Shown here: piece after piece, positions 38,362 to 47,372 of the stretch
Layout of the letters: every line of letters starts with the position of its first letter
How positions within the stretch are numbered: the stretch's first letter is position 1
Assembly (NCBI GenBank): GCA_022842925.1
Contig: JALHOQ010000004.1
Span: 1 to 47,372, forward strand
Reading direction: 5' to 3'
Origin: Bdellovibrionales bacterium
GTDB taxonomy: Bacteria > Bdellovibrionota > Bdellovibrionia > Bdellovibrionales > UBA1609
DNA length: 47,372 nucleotides
Position numbers and translations under genes: made by a program
The notes under the pieces: model-generated
Told to the model about the DNA's origin: nothing
Seen by the model: only the letters and a program-made list of their open reading frames with translations
Database searches by the model: none

Positions 38362-38927
38362 AGTCCCGTTTTGTTGATTCAAACGAAAACTATGACGGCT
38401 CTCAACTCGTGAGCCTGCGCAACTACCTGAAGCATGAAATGTTAGGCGATTCGGTGGTGGCGTGGGTCGGTCCCTGTGAAGTCGAGGGCGACCATATGGT
38501 CGACGGCGAAGATCTGCTGGCGGGGAGTGAGATCCGGGGCGAAAAGATGCTGCACTTTATTGTGGAGCTTTTCGATTCCACGCTTTTCGCGGCCGTGGGC
38601 ATTCAGCGCTTGATGGCCGCCATCGTAAAAGACGCTCTCATGTTGATGTCACTTGAAAAGCTGCTGATTTGCGATCTCCGGCGCGAGGGCGACGATATTT
38701 TCGTTGCCGATAAAAAGTTCAGCATTTCCATCGCGACACAAAGTCCGACCAGCTCCTTAATTCATTTCGCCGTAAATGTGGTGAACCGGGGAACCCCTGT
38801 CCCTACCATAAGTCTGGAAGAATTCGGTCTGGATGCCCAAGCCTTCGCCCTTGAGGTGATGCAGCGGCTGACAACCGAAGTTGAAACCATTCGCGAGGCC
38901 ACTCGCAAAGTGAAGTGGGTGCGCTAG
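38358..38927 (+). CDS. DUF366 family protein
   Basis: YDGSQL, HMVDGED, MLHFIVE, RREGDDI, K.SISIAT.SP, IHFAVNV; ATGA overlap with queC. Confidence 0.85.
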   Translation: MKSRFVDSNENYDGSQLVSLRNYLKHEMLGDSVVAWVGPCEVEGDHMVDGEDLLAGSEIRGEKMLHFIVELFDSTLFAAVGIQRLMAAIVKDALMLMSLEKLLICDLRREGDDIFVADKKFSISIATQSPTSSLIHFAVNVVNRGTPVPTISLEEFGLDAQAFALEVMQRLTTEVETIREATRKVKWVR

Positions 38928-38956
38928 CGAGCGAAAGGTTTTTTGAAGGAGGGGGA

Positions 38957-40195
38957 GTGAGCTCAGTATTGGTCCTTTTAGTCTTTCTATCGCCGTTGGT
39001 CTCCGCCACATCTCGAATGCCGGTGGATCTACCACCCGATGCGAGCGCCGCCCAGCTTAAGCGAATCCTCGAACAGCAAGGGCAGTTTCACCTTTTTCGT
39101 GAGGGTGTGATTCCACTAGGGCCGGTTGAGGCGGCGATTCTTTTGGGCGAACGAAATCTCTCCTGGCTGAAGTTGATCAACAAGAATCGCGCGGTGCCGA
39201 TTTCCTTTAGCAGTCAGGCCACCACGGGTGGCATTTCGATCGACAAACCACATAAGTACTCGCCCGCCATTATTTTGGAGTGGAAAGAAGAGTTGAAGCG
39301 GGATTTGCCCGAGCGCATGCGCCAAACGCTTTTTGAAGGTGGAGTACTCTCGGCGGAAGTGCCGACCTCAGAAGACGAATATATAAAATGGGGCCGCAAA
39401 GTGGACCGCCTTTATCAGGCGGCGCTGCGCTGGAAAACGCTGGAGCCCTGGCGCGATCACTACGAGCAGAACCGAAGCGCCGATATTCGCGGGATATATT
39501 TTTTTGGCCGTATGGATTATAAGACCCGGCAGCAAAAGCTCGCGAGCGCCAAAGATTGGACGGAGCAAGAGCAGCGCGATCTCTCCGATTGGCTGGTCAG
39601 CATGTGCCTGAATAATTTTGGCGACGTAGCGTTCTGTCGCGGTCAAGTGAGGGAAGCCGTCGTAAGTGGAGAATCCCTTATGCCACTTTACGGAATGTGG
39701 GAGATGTCGGCTCAGATCACCTTCGATGAGAAATTTAGCGTGCAAAAGTCCCGCAGTGACGTGCGCTTCCAGGCTGATCATGTGTTGCATGTGCCATTTC
39801 GCGACCCACTCGACGAAGCGGTCCGCGAATTTCTCCGCCACAATGTCGAAGACGAATGGAAATTCGGAGAATGGGCCCTTAAGCTGATCTTCGGCCCCGA
39901 TGCCGCCGCCCACATACGCTTTGAAGCCGGCGTCACGCCCCATGTGAACGGTCTCGGCGGCGACCGCATCACCATGAACGCCGATCAACCCTTAAGCGAG
40001 TACGACGCCCAGTGGGCAATCCGCCACGAGTTCGGCCACGTCCTCGGCTTCCCAGACTGCTATGTCGAATTTTACGACTCCGAAGCGGAGGCCATGGTCA
40101 CCTATCAGATCGACGTGACGAATCTGATGTGCAGCCGTCATGGACGGCTGCAGGAGAGACATGTGAACGAACTGCGGCGGGTCTATAGGCGATAA
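38957..40195 (+). CDS. Secreted zinc metallopeptidase (metzincin-like)
   Basis: Probable GTG start at 38957 after GGAGGGGGA with a signal peptide; HEFGHVLGFPDCY and Met-turn NLMC. Confidence 0.82.
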   Translation: MSSVLVLLVFLSPLVSATSRMPVDLPPDASAAQLKRILEQQGQFHLFREGVIPLGPVEAAILLGERNLSWLKLINKNRAVPISFSSQATTGGISIDKPHKYSPAIILEWKEELKRDLPERMRQTLFEGGVLSAEVPTSEDEYIKWGRKVDRLYQAALRWKTLEPWRDHYEQNRSADIRGIYFFGRMDYKTRQQKLASAKDWTEQEQRDLSDWLVSMCLNNFGDVAFCRGQVREAVVSGESLMPLYGMWEMSAQITFDEKFSVQKSRSDVRFQADHVLHVPFRDPLDEAVREFLRHNVEDEWKFGEWALKLIFGPDAAAHIRFEAGVTPHVNGLGGDRITMNADQPLSEYDAQWAIRHEFGHVLGFPDCYVEFYDSEAEAMVTYQIDVTNLMCSRHGRLQERHVNELRRVYRR

Positions 40196-40237
40196 GTGTG
40201 GCGGCGATTGGCCGCGACAGCGAATAATCAAACCCCA

Positions 40238-40257
40238 CACTCGGCCCGGGCCGAGTG
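40238..40257. repeat. Perfect 20-bp palindrome
   Basis: CACTCGGCCCGGGCCGAGTG is identical to its reverse complement. Confidence 0.85.
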
Positions 40258-40275
40258 GATGATCTGCGCCCCTCA

Positions 40276-40391
40276 CTCCGCCGACTGTTCTGAAATAGAA
40301 AAAAGAGAGTTCACCTAAAACGTATTCTCTATGATCTCGATTTTAAATGGAAACGACGGTCTTTTTTTCTATTTCAGAACAGTCGGCGGAG
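40276..40391. mobile_element. MITE/REPIN-like element with 29-bp perfect terminal inverted repeats
   Basis: CTCCGCCGACTGTTCTGAAATAGAAAAAA at 40276-40304 is inverted at 40363-40391; 58-bp AT-rich spacer; CA on both flanks. The repeat is certain; mobility is inferred. Confidence 0.6.
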
Positions 40392-40488
40392 CATGCGGCG
40401 AATATTAATTCTGCGGTCTCATGGCCAACGATGGATTTAAAAGCATTGGATTCTGGACAAGGCTCCAAACGAACATTAGCTTTTAAGC

Positions 40489-40971
40489 ATGAAGAAAACT
40501 GCCTTAGCTCTCTTATTTTCTGTAGGCTGCGCGATCATGGTAGCAAAAAGTTTTGCGAACTCTGATTCAAGCGACGTCCTCTTCGAGAAAGATCGCGAAG
40601 CAAATCCTGGGTTAGCCAAAGAATACCCCATTAAAATTTGTGTTGGTCCTCTAGGTTACTCGGGTATGGAAGTAAAAACTAAGGATGATCCCAGATGCCG
40701 GGAACAAAAGGAAATTCCGTACGAAGAATGCATGAGACGACGCGTAAGCCGAGCCAATTTCAAGCTGCTTGTAATTAATAAGAGCATTAAGGTTCAGCCC
40801 GGAGAAGTCATCTATTTGAAGAAAAAGAAGTATTCATTCTTAATGGGGGCAAGTGGATTTCAGAAAAATTTCTCGAAAGAACAGAACTCAACCTTCAAGA
40901 TAGACACCGCCAATTACAGTGGTGTGACTATCGACTCCTTAAAAAGCTGCAAAGGTTTCAAAGTAGAATAG
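40489..40971 (+). CDS. Secreted hypothetical protein, AT-rich gene
   Basis: Signal peptide MKKTALALLF...SFA; Lys-rich; visibly more AT-rich than neighbours. Confidence 0.7.
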   Translation: MKKTALALLFSVGCAIMVAKSFANSDSSDVLFEKDREANPGLAKEYPIKICVGPLGYSGMEVKTKDDPRCREQKEIPYEECMRRRVSRANFKLLVINKSIKVQPGEVIYLKKKKYSFLMGASGFQKNFSKEQNSTFKIDTANYSGVTIDSLKSCKGFKVE

Positions 40972-41031
40972 GGTTCAAAACCACTGGATTCCTGGACACA
41001 GCAAAGTCACCAAAGTGCACAATACTAACTC

Positions 41032-41949
41032 TCACCTAGGAATTTCCCGCGCAATCGCTTTTCCGGCGGCGGCTAAGGCTTCTTCAGCCTTTTTGAAGCT
41101 GGTGAAGTTTTCCGCGCAGGCACCCACGGAAAAAGTGGCTCCCGACGGGACCGTGAGAATTCCAAAATCGCAGATCCGCTGGATTTGCGTTCCCGTTTTG
41201 TGTGCGAATTTGAATTCCGTAGGGAAGTGCGCTTTGAGACGGGCCTTTCCTGTTTTACATCGGGACATGATCTTAAAAACTTCCTCCGAAACAAAGGGGC
41301 TTACGGCCTTCTTCTCGGCCAGCAATTCGAGAAGGTCGGCGTATCCTCTCAACGTCCCGCTATTGTATCCCTTGGCGTAGTAGGCCGCGAACGCGCTCTC
41401 TAAGTTCGGCTGGCGCAGTTTGGAAACCGGAACCTGAACTAATTTGGCGAAATGTTCATAGCGCTTGCGATAGTCTTTCTTACTTTTAATATCAATGTAG
41501 TTGTTTCCGTCGAGACGGACGGCCTTGGGGTGCAGTTCGCTATACGCCAGCCTCCGCACATCCAGCAACGTCGTGATCGGAGAAAACTCGCGCGGCACCA
41601 ATTTTCTCAGGGTTTCATTGATATGATTCAAACCCACCCATTCGATCAGCATGTCGGATGAGGCATTGTCACTCTTCACCAGCGTCTGCTCGAGAAGATA
41701 CCGTATCGTGAGCCGGGTGCCGATTTTTTGAAAGCTCGTTTCGCCGGAGCCGTCCCGGCGCATGGATGGATCAAAAACGATCGTTTGATCGAAGGCCATC
41801 TTGCCGGCTTCAATCTGCTTTAGAACTTCAACCGCGATCGGCACTTTTACGGCCGAGGAGTAGTACCAGATCCGGTCATGATTGAGACCGGCAAAGCGTC
41901 CGGTCGAATTTTCACGAACGTAGAAGCCGATATTTCCGTCGAAGCCCGA
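41032..41949 (-). pseudogene. 5'-truncated class A beta-lactamase-like serine hydrolase
   Basis: The frame continues upstream of the called GTG as GFDGNIGFYVRENSTGRFAGLNHDRIWYYSSAVK (SxxK); SDN and HKTG present; no ATG/GTG/TTG or signal peptide before the in-frame TAG at 42088-42090. Confidence 0.75.
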
Positions 41950-42117
41950 CTGAACGGCGGCACTGGCGGAAGTCGCGGCGGCCCGGGCACGGCTGGCACT
42001 GCAAACACCGGCGGCGGCGGTGGCGGTTCGCGAAGCGCTGCGCCTGGCGGAGCAGTAGGATCACTCGGTGGGGCTGGCGGAACCGGCCTAGTGATAGTTA
42101 GATATTTAACTCCGTAA
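41950..42117 (+). pseudogene. 3' remnant of a glycine-rich fibre/adhesin-type gene
   Basis: GTAGTANTGGGGGG...GGAGGTGLVIVRY-stop is the typical end of Gly-rich domains in phage tail and fibre proteins; its 5' part is absent. Confidence 0.7.
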
Positions 42118-42122
42118 AGCGC

Positions 42123-42617
42123 TTAAGTGGGCGACGACGGAGTCAGAAACTTAAACGTCTTCTCGACGATAAAATCCTGCTCCATCGCCTCCTTGCACTT
42201 CGGGCAAGGGATTGATTCCGGCAGGAGAATTTCGGCGGCCTTGCTGCCGACGGCGTAAAAATAGTCTTTGTCCATCTTCGCGAGGTACAGATGCTCGGTG
42301 CCGCAGGCGTTGCAGATGTAGGGCACCTTCAAAGTTTCCACTTTCATATTTGGCTTCGCGAAACCGACCACGATGCTGGCTTGAGTTCCGATCACGAATG
42401 GGCAATTCAGCATCCGTACTACGCAGTCATGAGGGATCTTAACCGTCCATAAAATCCAGTGTTTGATGCCGATCGAATTGATAAAGGTGACTTCGTTCAT
42501 ATCGAGAACGATGTCCTTAAGGCCGGCCATGGGCAGCGTGAACAGAGCCGTGGTCTCGCCGATTGGACCGCTCATTTGCACGACCAAATTCGTCGGAGTG
42601 CGATTGACGATCTTCAC
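42123..42617 (-). CDS. STAS-like domain protein with a Zn ribbon
   Basis: IVLDMNEVTFINSIGIKHW STAS signature; PYICNAC and CPKC. Confidence 0.8.
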   Translation of the reverse strand: MKIVNRTPTNLVVQMSGPIGETTALFTLPMAGLKDIVLDMNEVTFINSIGIKHWILWTVKIPHDCVVRMLNCPFVIGTQASIVVGFAKPNMKVETLKVPYICNACGTEHLYLAKMDKDYFYAVGSKAAEILLPESIPCPKCKEAMEQDFIVEKTFKFLTPSSPT

Positions 42618-43009
42618 GGTTTAGAAGCCTCACACTTTTTAAGCAGATTTGCGGCTTGGGCCGCGGTGCCGCGATCAAACGAAGGTACAGAATCCAGTAT
42701 CGAAGAATAGCAATCGGCCTTACCGCGACCCGAGCAGCTGCGCACCAGGGGCAAAAACTGTTCGGCTTCCCGCCGTTCATGACTGCTCAGCGAATCGCCC
42801 ACCAACTGTACGCAACGGGTGTCGACTTCGATGCAGGCGTTGCGGATTTGCTCCACACCTTCCGTCGAGTTGTATTCGCTGGAGGACAGGTAACCCTTAA
42901 CCGTTTCGATGCAGGACTCAGGCACGCTGCCGGGCGGGTTGATGATCGTCTGCGCGAAAGCGCCGAGACCGAATACGCTGAGTAAAAAAACAGCAATACA
43001 GCGTTCCAT
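42614..43009 (-). CDS. Secreted protein with three Cys-flanked helical repeats
   Basis: Probable ATG 43009, signal peptide ending AFA; three roughly 33-aa C-X26-C units. Confidence 0.7.
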   Translation of the reverse strand: MERCIAVFLLSVFGLGAFAQTIINPPGSVPESCIETVKGYLSSSEYNSTEGVEQIRNACIEVDTRCVQLVGDSLSSHERREAEQFLPLVRSCSGRGKADCYSSILDSVPSFDRGTAAQAANLLKKCEASKP

Positions 43010-43070
43010 AGTCTTCCATGATGACCGAGACAAAGTGCATGGTCAAACAGGGAGAATTTCGACTGTGGCT

Positions 43071-43643
43071 CTATACGGCAATAACTTCAATAATTTCTGG
43101 AATTGCAGCCTTTAGGCGGGTTTCGATGCCTTCCTTCAATGTCATAACTGAACTGGGGCAGCCGGCACAGGCGCCGTGCATGCTGAGGTAAACACGGCCA
43201 TCCTCGTAGCTTGAGAAGTTAATATCACCACCGTCCATCGCGACGGCCGGTTTGATTTCTTCCACTAATATTTTCTTTATTAGCTGCACCACCGGCGGAT
43301 CGTTCGGGTCTGCCTCGCTGGTCGTTGAATTGGAATCAGTCGGACTGGCGGGAAGCAGGACCGGGAGCTTGCTGGCGATATGTTCCTTAATCAGGTCGGA
43401 AAGTGGGTCGGCGAGAATCTCCCACTCAACCCAATTTTGTTTAGTAACGGTAACGAAATCTGGACCGATAAATACGCCCGCCGCCCACGGAAAACCCAGA
43501 ATCTTCTGCGCTAGAGGACTGCGGGTGGCCTTGTCGTCGGCCTTGAAGGTCACATTTTCACTGGCAATAATCCGGTCGATCGTAAATTTAAGCGAGTCCG
43601 GATTGGGCGTGGCTTGGTAAAACACTTGAACATCTGTGATCAT
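43071..43643 (-). CDS. Nfu/NifU-family Fe-S carrier protein
   Basis: TPNPDSLKF and SPLA N-terminal domain; IKPAVAMDGGDI and GACAGCPSS C-terminal domain. Confidence 0.95.
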   Translation of the reverse strand: MITDVQVFYQATPNPDSLKFTIDRIIASENVTFKADDKATRSPLAQKILGFPWAAGVFIGPDFVTVTKQNWVEWEILADPLSDLIKEHIASKLPVLLPASPTDSNSTTSEADPNDPPVVQLIKKILVEEIKPAVAMDGGDINFSSYEDGRVYLSMHGACAGCPSSVMTLKEGIETRLKAAIPEIIEVIAV

Positions 43644-43646
43644 GCT

Positions 43647-44879
43647 TCAAGGGTTTAGCCGCTTTTCCTTAGCCTGTCTATGGTGAGCGATTCCCAAAAC
43701 CGCCGAGAAGAAGCCGAAAATCAGCCCGCACAGCCAGATGGTGAGAGGGGGACCCGTATAGTCGGCCAAATGCCCCCAGGGAAAGCTCATCAGTGGGCCT
43801 ATCGACGAAAAATTCATTCCGATCACCGAGCTCATACGGCCGCGGAATTTTTCTTCGACCTGCAAGTGCATGGATACGGTTAAAGAGGCGAACGTTAGGT
43901 AAAGCCCAAAGCCCGTCAGCGACATGGCGAAGACTGTCCAATCGAGACGAGGGAGCAACGGAATCACCATTAACATCACAAAAACCAAAGGGACTCCGAA
44001 CCACAGGGCGCGGATCGGCATTTTAGGTTGCAAGACCGCGAATGTGAGGGCGCCGGCCATGGAGCCGAGGGCAGGGAACGTAAAGGCCATCCCATACTCT
44101 TGCGAACTTAGATTGAATTTTTGGTAGATGTAGATCCGAAAAACCGCCACCATCAGGGGGTAAACACAGCAGATGGTGAGCACCAGCTGGGCCACTCGGT
44201 AGCGCAGGGACCGGTTACGGTAAATGTACCGTATCCCCTCTTTTAACCCCTGAAATGAACTCTGCTTCACCACGTCCCGCGGCACCTCCCGGATCTTGGC
44301 CCGCATCAACACGAAGACGATGAGAAGATAGGTCACGCCGTCGAAGAGAAACACGAGCGAAGGGCCGTGGAGCGACATCAACCAAGCGGCGACGATGGGA
44401 CCGAGCATGCGCGAGGCGTGAAAATTGGTGGAGTTGAGCGCGATGGCCTGTTGAAAATCCGTGCGCGGGACCATGCGAATGACCACGGCCTGAAAGGCGG
44501 GGGAATCAAAGGCTGTGACAAAACCTTCGACCACGGCGAACAGCAACAGGTGCCAAACTTCCAATTGTGAAAATTCAGTCACCAGAGCCAGCCCGACGGA
44601 GGCCAGTGCCATAATCGACTTCGTCCACTGCATGAGTCGGCGCACGTCGACTCGGTCGACCAACACGCCCGCCTGAAGAATCAGAAACAAGCAGGGGACG
44701 GCCACGGCCATATTCAGATTGCCGAGTGCGCCGCTGGAGCCCGTGGCTTCGGCTATGATCCACGAGCGGGCCAAGTCGTGCGACCAAGTGCCGATCAGGG
44801 ACAAAGTTTGGGCTATGAAAAATCCGCGGTAACTCGCGTTGCGAAACGGCGACAAGCGGGCTTTGAGCAGTTCGCGCAT
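43647..44879 (-). CDS. MFS transporter (MFS_3/DHA3-like)
   Basis: About 12 TMs; GVLVDRVDVRR, AFDSPAFQA, AIALNS, FRGRMSS; likely start ATG 44879. Confidence 0.92.
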   Translation of the reverse strand: MRELLKARLSPFRNASYRGFFIAQTLSLIGTWSHDLARSWIIAEATGSSGALGNLNMAVAVPCLFLILQAGVLVDRVDVRRLMQWTKSIMALASVGLALVTEFSQLEVWHLLLFAVVEGFVTAFDSPAFQAVVIRMVPRTDFQQAIALNSTNFHASRMLGPIVAAWLMSLHGPSLVFLFDGVTYLLIVFVLMRAKIREVPRDVVKQSSFQGLKEGIRYIYRNRSLRYRVAQLVLTICCVYPLMVAVFRIYIYQKFNLSSQEYGMAFTFPALGSMAGALTFAVLQPKMPIRALWFGVPLVFVMLMVIPLLPRLDWTVFAMSLTGFGLYLTFASLTVSMHLQVEEKFRGRMSSVIGMNFSSIGPLMSFPWGHLADYTGPPLTIWLCGLIFGFFSAVLGIAHHRQAKEKRLNP

Positions 44880-44975
44880 GACGTGTGCGGAAGTATAATC
44901 GCTTGATTTCGGATGTGTGACTGAATACTTTCGAGCCCTTCGTTTTGTAAGCAGCACAACTGAGGAGCGGTTAAA

Positions 44976-45899
44976 ATGACGCCAAGAGTTAGAGAAGTTT
45001 TAAGCTGGTATGGAGCCGACAACCCGGGAACCTTAACCAGTCTCGCCCGGATCATGAACCACGGCACCTTGGCCGGAACTGGCAAGTTTGTCATCCTCCC
45101 GGTTGACCAGGGCTTTGAGCATGGCCCCGCTCGCAGCTTCGCCATGAATCCAGACGCCTACGACCCCTCTTATCACTACGGTTTGGCGATCGAATCCGGT
45201 TGCAATGCCTATGCAGCCCCGCTCGGATTTATCGAGGCCTGCGCGCGCGAATTCGCCGGCGAGATTCCTCTGATTTTAAAGGTGAACAACTCGGACAATC
45301 TCTATAAGCCGAAGGGCGGCTTCGTATCGGCCATGACCTCGAACATCGACGATGCTCTTCGTCTCGGCTGCAGCGGCATCGGTTTTACGATTTATCCCGG
45401 GTCGAGCGAGCGCAAGCAGCAATATGAAGAGATTCAGAAGTGCGCATCGGACGCCAAAAAAGCCGGTCTCGCTGTGGTGATTTGGGCCTACGCCCGCGGC
45501 GAAGGCTTGTCGAAAGAGGGCGAAACCGCGATTGACGTGATTGCCTACTGTGCGCAAATCGCGGCCCAACTCGGCGCTCATATTATTAAAGTAAAGCCAC
45601 CCACCGCGCATATCGAACAGTCCGAGGCGGCCAAGGTTTATAAAGAGCAGGGAATTAAAATCGATAAGCTCAGCGATCGTATTCGTCATGTGGTGGAGTC
45701 GGCTTTCAATGGTCGCCGTATCGTGATTTTCAGTGGCGGCGAAGCCAAAGGAACCGAAGCGATCATGCAAGAAGTGAAAGAGATCGCCCTCGGTGGAGGC
45801 TTCGGCAGCATTATGGGTCGCAATGCCTTTCAGCGGCCGCGCAAAGAGTCCATCGAACTCTTAAAGCAGGTCATGACTGCCTTTCGAGGTCACCAGTAA
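44976..45899 (+). CDS. fbaB: Class I fructose-bisphosphate aldolase (DhnA type)
   Basis: ILPVDQGFEHGP, GFTIYPGS, LGAHIIKVK (Schiff-base Lys), FSGG, GRNAFQR. Confidence 0.95.
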   Translation: MTPRVREVLSWYGADNPGTLTSLARIMNHGTLAGTGKFVILPVDQGFEHGPARSFAMNPDAYDPSYHYGLAIESGCNAYAAPLGFIEACAREFAGEIPLILKVNNSDNLYKPKGGFVSAMTSNIDDALRLGCSGIGFTIYPGSSERKQQYEEIQKCASDAKKAGLAVVIWAYARGEGLSKEGETAIDVIAYCAQIAAQLGAHIIKVKPPTAHIEQSEAAKVYKEQGIKIDKLSDRIRHVVESAFNGRRIVIFSGGEAKGTEAIMQEVKEIALGGGFGSIMGRNAFQRPRKESIELLKQVMTAFRGHQ

Positions 45900-45900
45900 C

Positions 45901-47370
45901 TTGGAAACACGAGAAAATCCGCTGCGTGCGGAGAAAAAGAAGAAACTAGCCGAACTGCGAGAGATGGGACTGAATCCCTTTCCCCATAATTTTAAGCCCA
46001 ACACCAAAGTGGCCGATGTGATCGCTACGCATTCCGAAATCGAATCGGGGCAGCAGATTAACGGCGATGTGGTAATGGCCGGCCGCTTGATGACCAAGCG
46101 GGATATGGGCAAGGCCGCGTTTTTCAATTTTCAAGATCAGACCGGCACCTTACAGGCTTATATACGGGTTGAGGAACTCAACGACGACGACAAAAAGTTT
46201 TTTCAACAAGTCGATTTGGGCGACTGGGTGGGAATCACCGGATTCATCTTTAAGACCAAAAAGGGTGAGCTGTCGATTCACTGTCGGGGCTTTCAAATTA
46301 TTTGCAAAACCATCGAACCGCTGCCGGAGAAGTTTCACGGCCTAGCCGATGTGGAAATCAAATACCGGCACCGGCATCTGGACCTCATCTCCGATGAAGA
46401 GTCGCGCAAAGTCTTTATGATGCGCTCCCAGGTGATTCGCGAGGTACGGCGGTATTTGGATGACGCTGGTTTTTTAGAGGTGGAAACACCGACGCTCCAG
46501 CCGATTTACGGCGGCGCTGCGGCCTATCCGTTTTCGACCCACCACCGCGCGCTCGATATGAAACTCTTCTTGAAGATTTCACCTGAACTCTATCTTAAAC
46601 GCCTGATCGTGGGCGGTTTTGAGAAGGTCTACGAGATCGGGAAGAACTTTCGCAACGAGGGTATCGATCGCTCGCACAATCCTGAATTCACTATGCTCGA
46701 GTACTACGAGGCCTATACGGATTACTTCGACCAGATGAAGCGCTTCGAAGACCTCGTAAGCGGGGTGGTGAAAGCGGTACGCGGAACAACTCAGATCAGC
46801 TTTCAGGGTAAAGAGATGGATTTCACCACTCCTTGGCGTCGCCTCAGCGTTCTTGACGGAATTAAAGAATTCGGCGGTTTCGACCCCAGCCAGATGAGTG
46901 AAGCCGAACTCTTCGCCAAAGTTAAAGAATTGGGTTCGGATATGAAAAAGCCGGGCTCGCGCGGGGAACTGTGGATGGAAGCCTTCGACCTGGTGGTCGA
47001 GAAGAACATCTGGCACCCGACGTTCATCGTCGATTTTCCGGCGGAGATCTCGCCTTTGACCAAAGCTCATCGCTCGATTGCCGGCTTGGTGGAGCGGTTC
47101 GAACCCATTTGCGCCGGAATGGAAATCGGCAATTCCTACACGGAACTCAATGACCCTGAAGATCAACGTCGCCGCCTTGAAGAGCAGGAAGCTTCGCGCG
47201 TGATCGACGAAGAGGCTCAGCCCATGGATGAAGATTTCCTCCACGCCATCGAAACCGGAATGCCCCCCACGGGCGGCGTCGGGATCGGCATTGACCGACT
47301 GGTCATGCTGGTCACGGATCGCACCTCGATTCGCGATATTATTTTCTTCCCGACGATGAGGTTTAAATGA
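45901..47370 (+). CDS. lysS: Lysyl-tRNA synthetase, class II
   Basis: OB fold, YRHRHLDLI, EVETPTLQ, FRNEGID..HNPEFT, GMPPTGGVGIGIDRL; TTG start. Confidence 0.98.
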   Translation: METRENPLRAEKKKKLAELREMGLNPFPHNFKPNTKVADVIATHSEIESGQQINGDVVMAGRLMTKRDMGKAAFFNFQDQTGTLQAYIRVEELNDDDKKFFQQVDLGDWVGITGFIFKTKKGELSIHCRGFQIICKTIEPLPEKFHGLADVEIKYRHRHLDLISDEESRKVFMMRSQVIREVRRYLDDAGFLEVETPTLQPIYGGAAAYPFSTHHRALDMKLFLKISPELYLKRLIVGGFEKVYEIGKNFRNEGIDRSHNPEFTMLEYYEAYTDYFDQMKRFEDLVSGVVKAVRGTTQISFQGKEMDFTTPWRRLSVLDGIKEFGGFDPSQMSEAELFAKVKELGSDMKKPGSRGELWMEAFDLVVEKNIWHPTFIVDFPAEISPLTKAHRSIAGLVERFEPICAGMEIGNSYTELNDPEDQRRRLEEQEASRVIDEEAQPMDEDFLHAIETGMPPTGGVGIGIDRLVMLVTDRTSIRDIIFFPTMRFK

Positions 47371-47372
47371 AT

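Noticed and set aside
40347-40565. 72-aa ORF starting inside the inverted-repeat element as a transposase remnant
   Set aside because: No transposase motifs; it overlaps the repeat arm and the better-supported 40489 gene.
41032-41844. Functional beta-lactamase resistance gene
   Set aside because: The called ORF begins after the catalytic SxxK and has no signal peptide.
41878-42117. 79-aa Gly-rich ORF as an intact gene
   Set aside because: Its first 24 codons are the antisense of beta-lactamase coding sequence; it is a junction product.

Overview
This is bacterial chromosomal DNA. Gene content (many orphan secreted Cys-rich proteins, lipoproteins, proteases, a CPAF-like protease) suggests a predatory Bdellovibrionota-like organism; that is an inference, not a database result. 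Housekeeping blocks: (1) a haem operon hemA-hemC(D)-hemL-sensor kinase-OmpR regulator-hemE-hemN-hemY-hemH-thioesterase, without hemB; (2) queA-tgt-yajC-secD-secF-queC-DUF366-metallopeptidase; (3) nfu, MFS, fbaB, lysS; plus tRNA-Leu(GAG). Orphan secreted and membrane proteins lie between these blocks, including one of 1519 aa. Most notable: an exact TGACA-N6-TGACA box (the Leptospira HemR motif) upstream of hemA, implying a HemKR-type haem circuit that may also control a divergent gene pair; a variant QueC coupled to DUF366 in the queuosine operon; a shared C-terminal C-E-L-x-L motif in two unrelated exported proteins; a junction at about 41950 joining two 5'-truncated divergent genes; and a 116-bp MITE/REPIN-like element. 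No CRISPR array, rRNA, integrase or intact transposase was seen.
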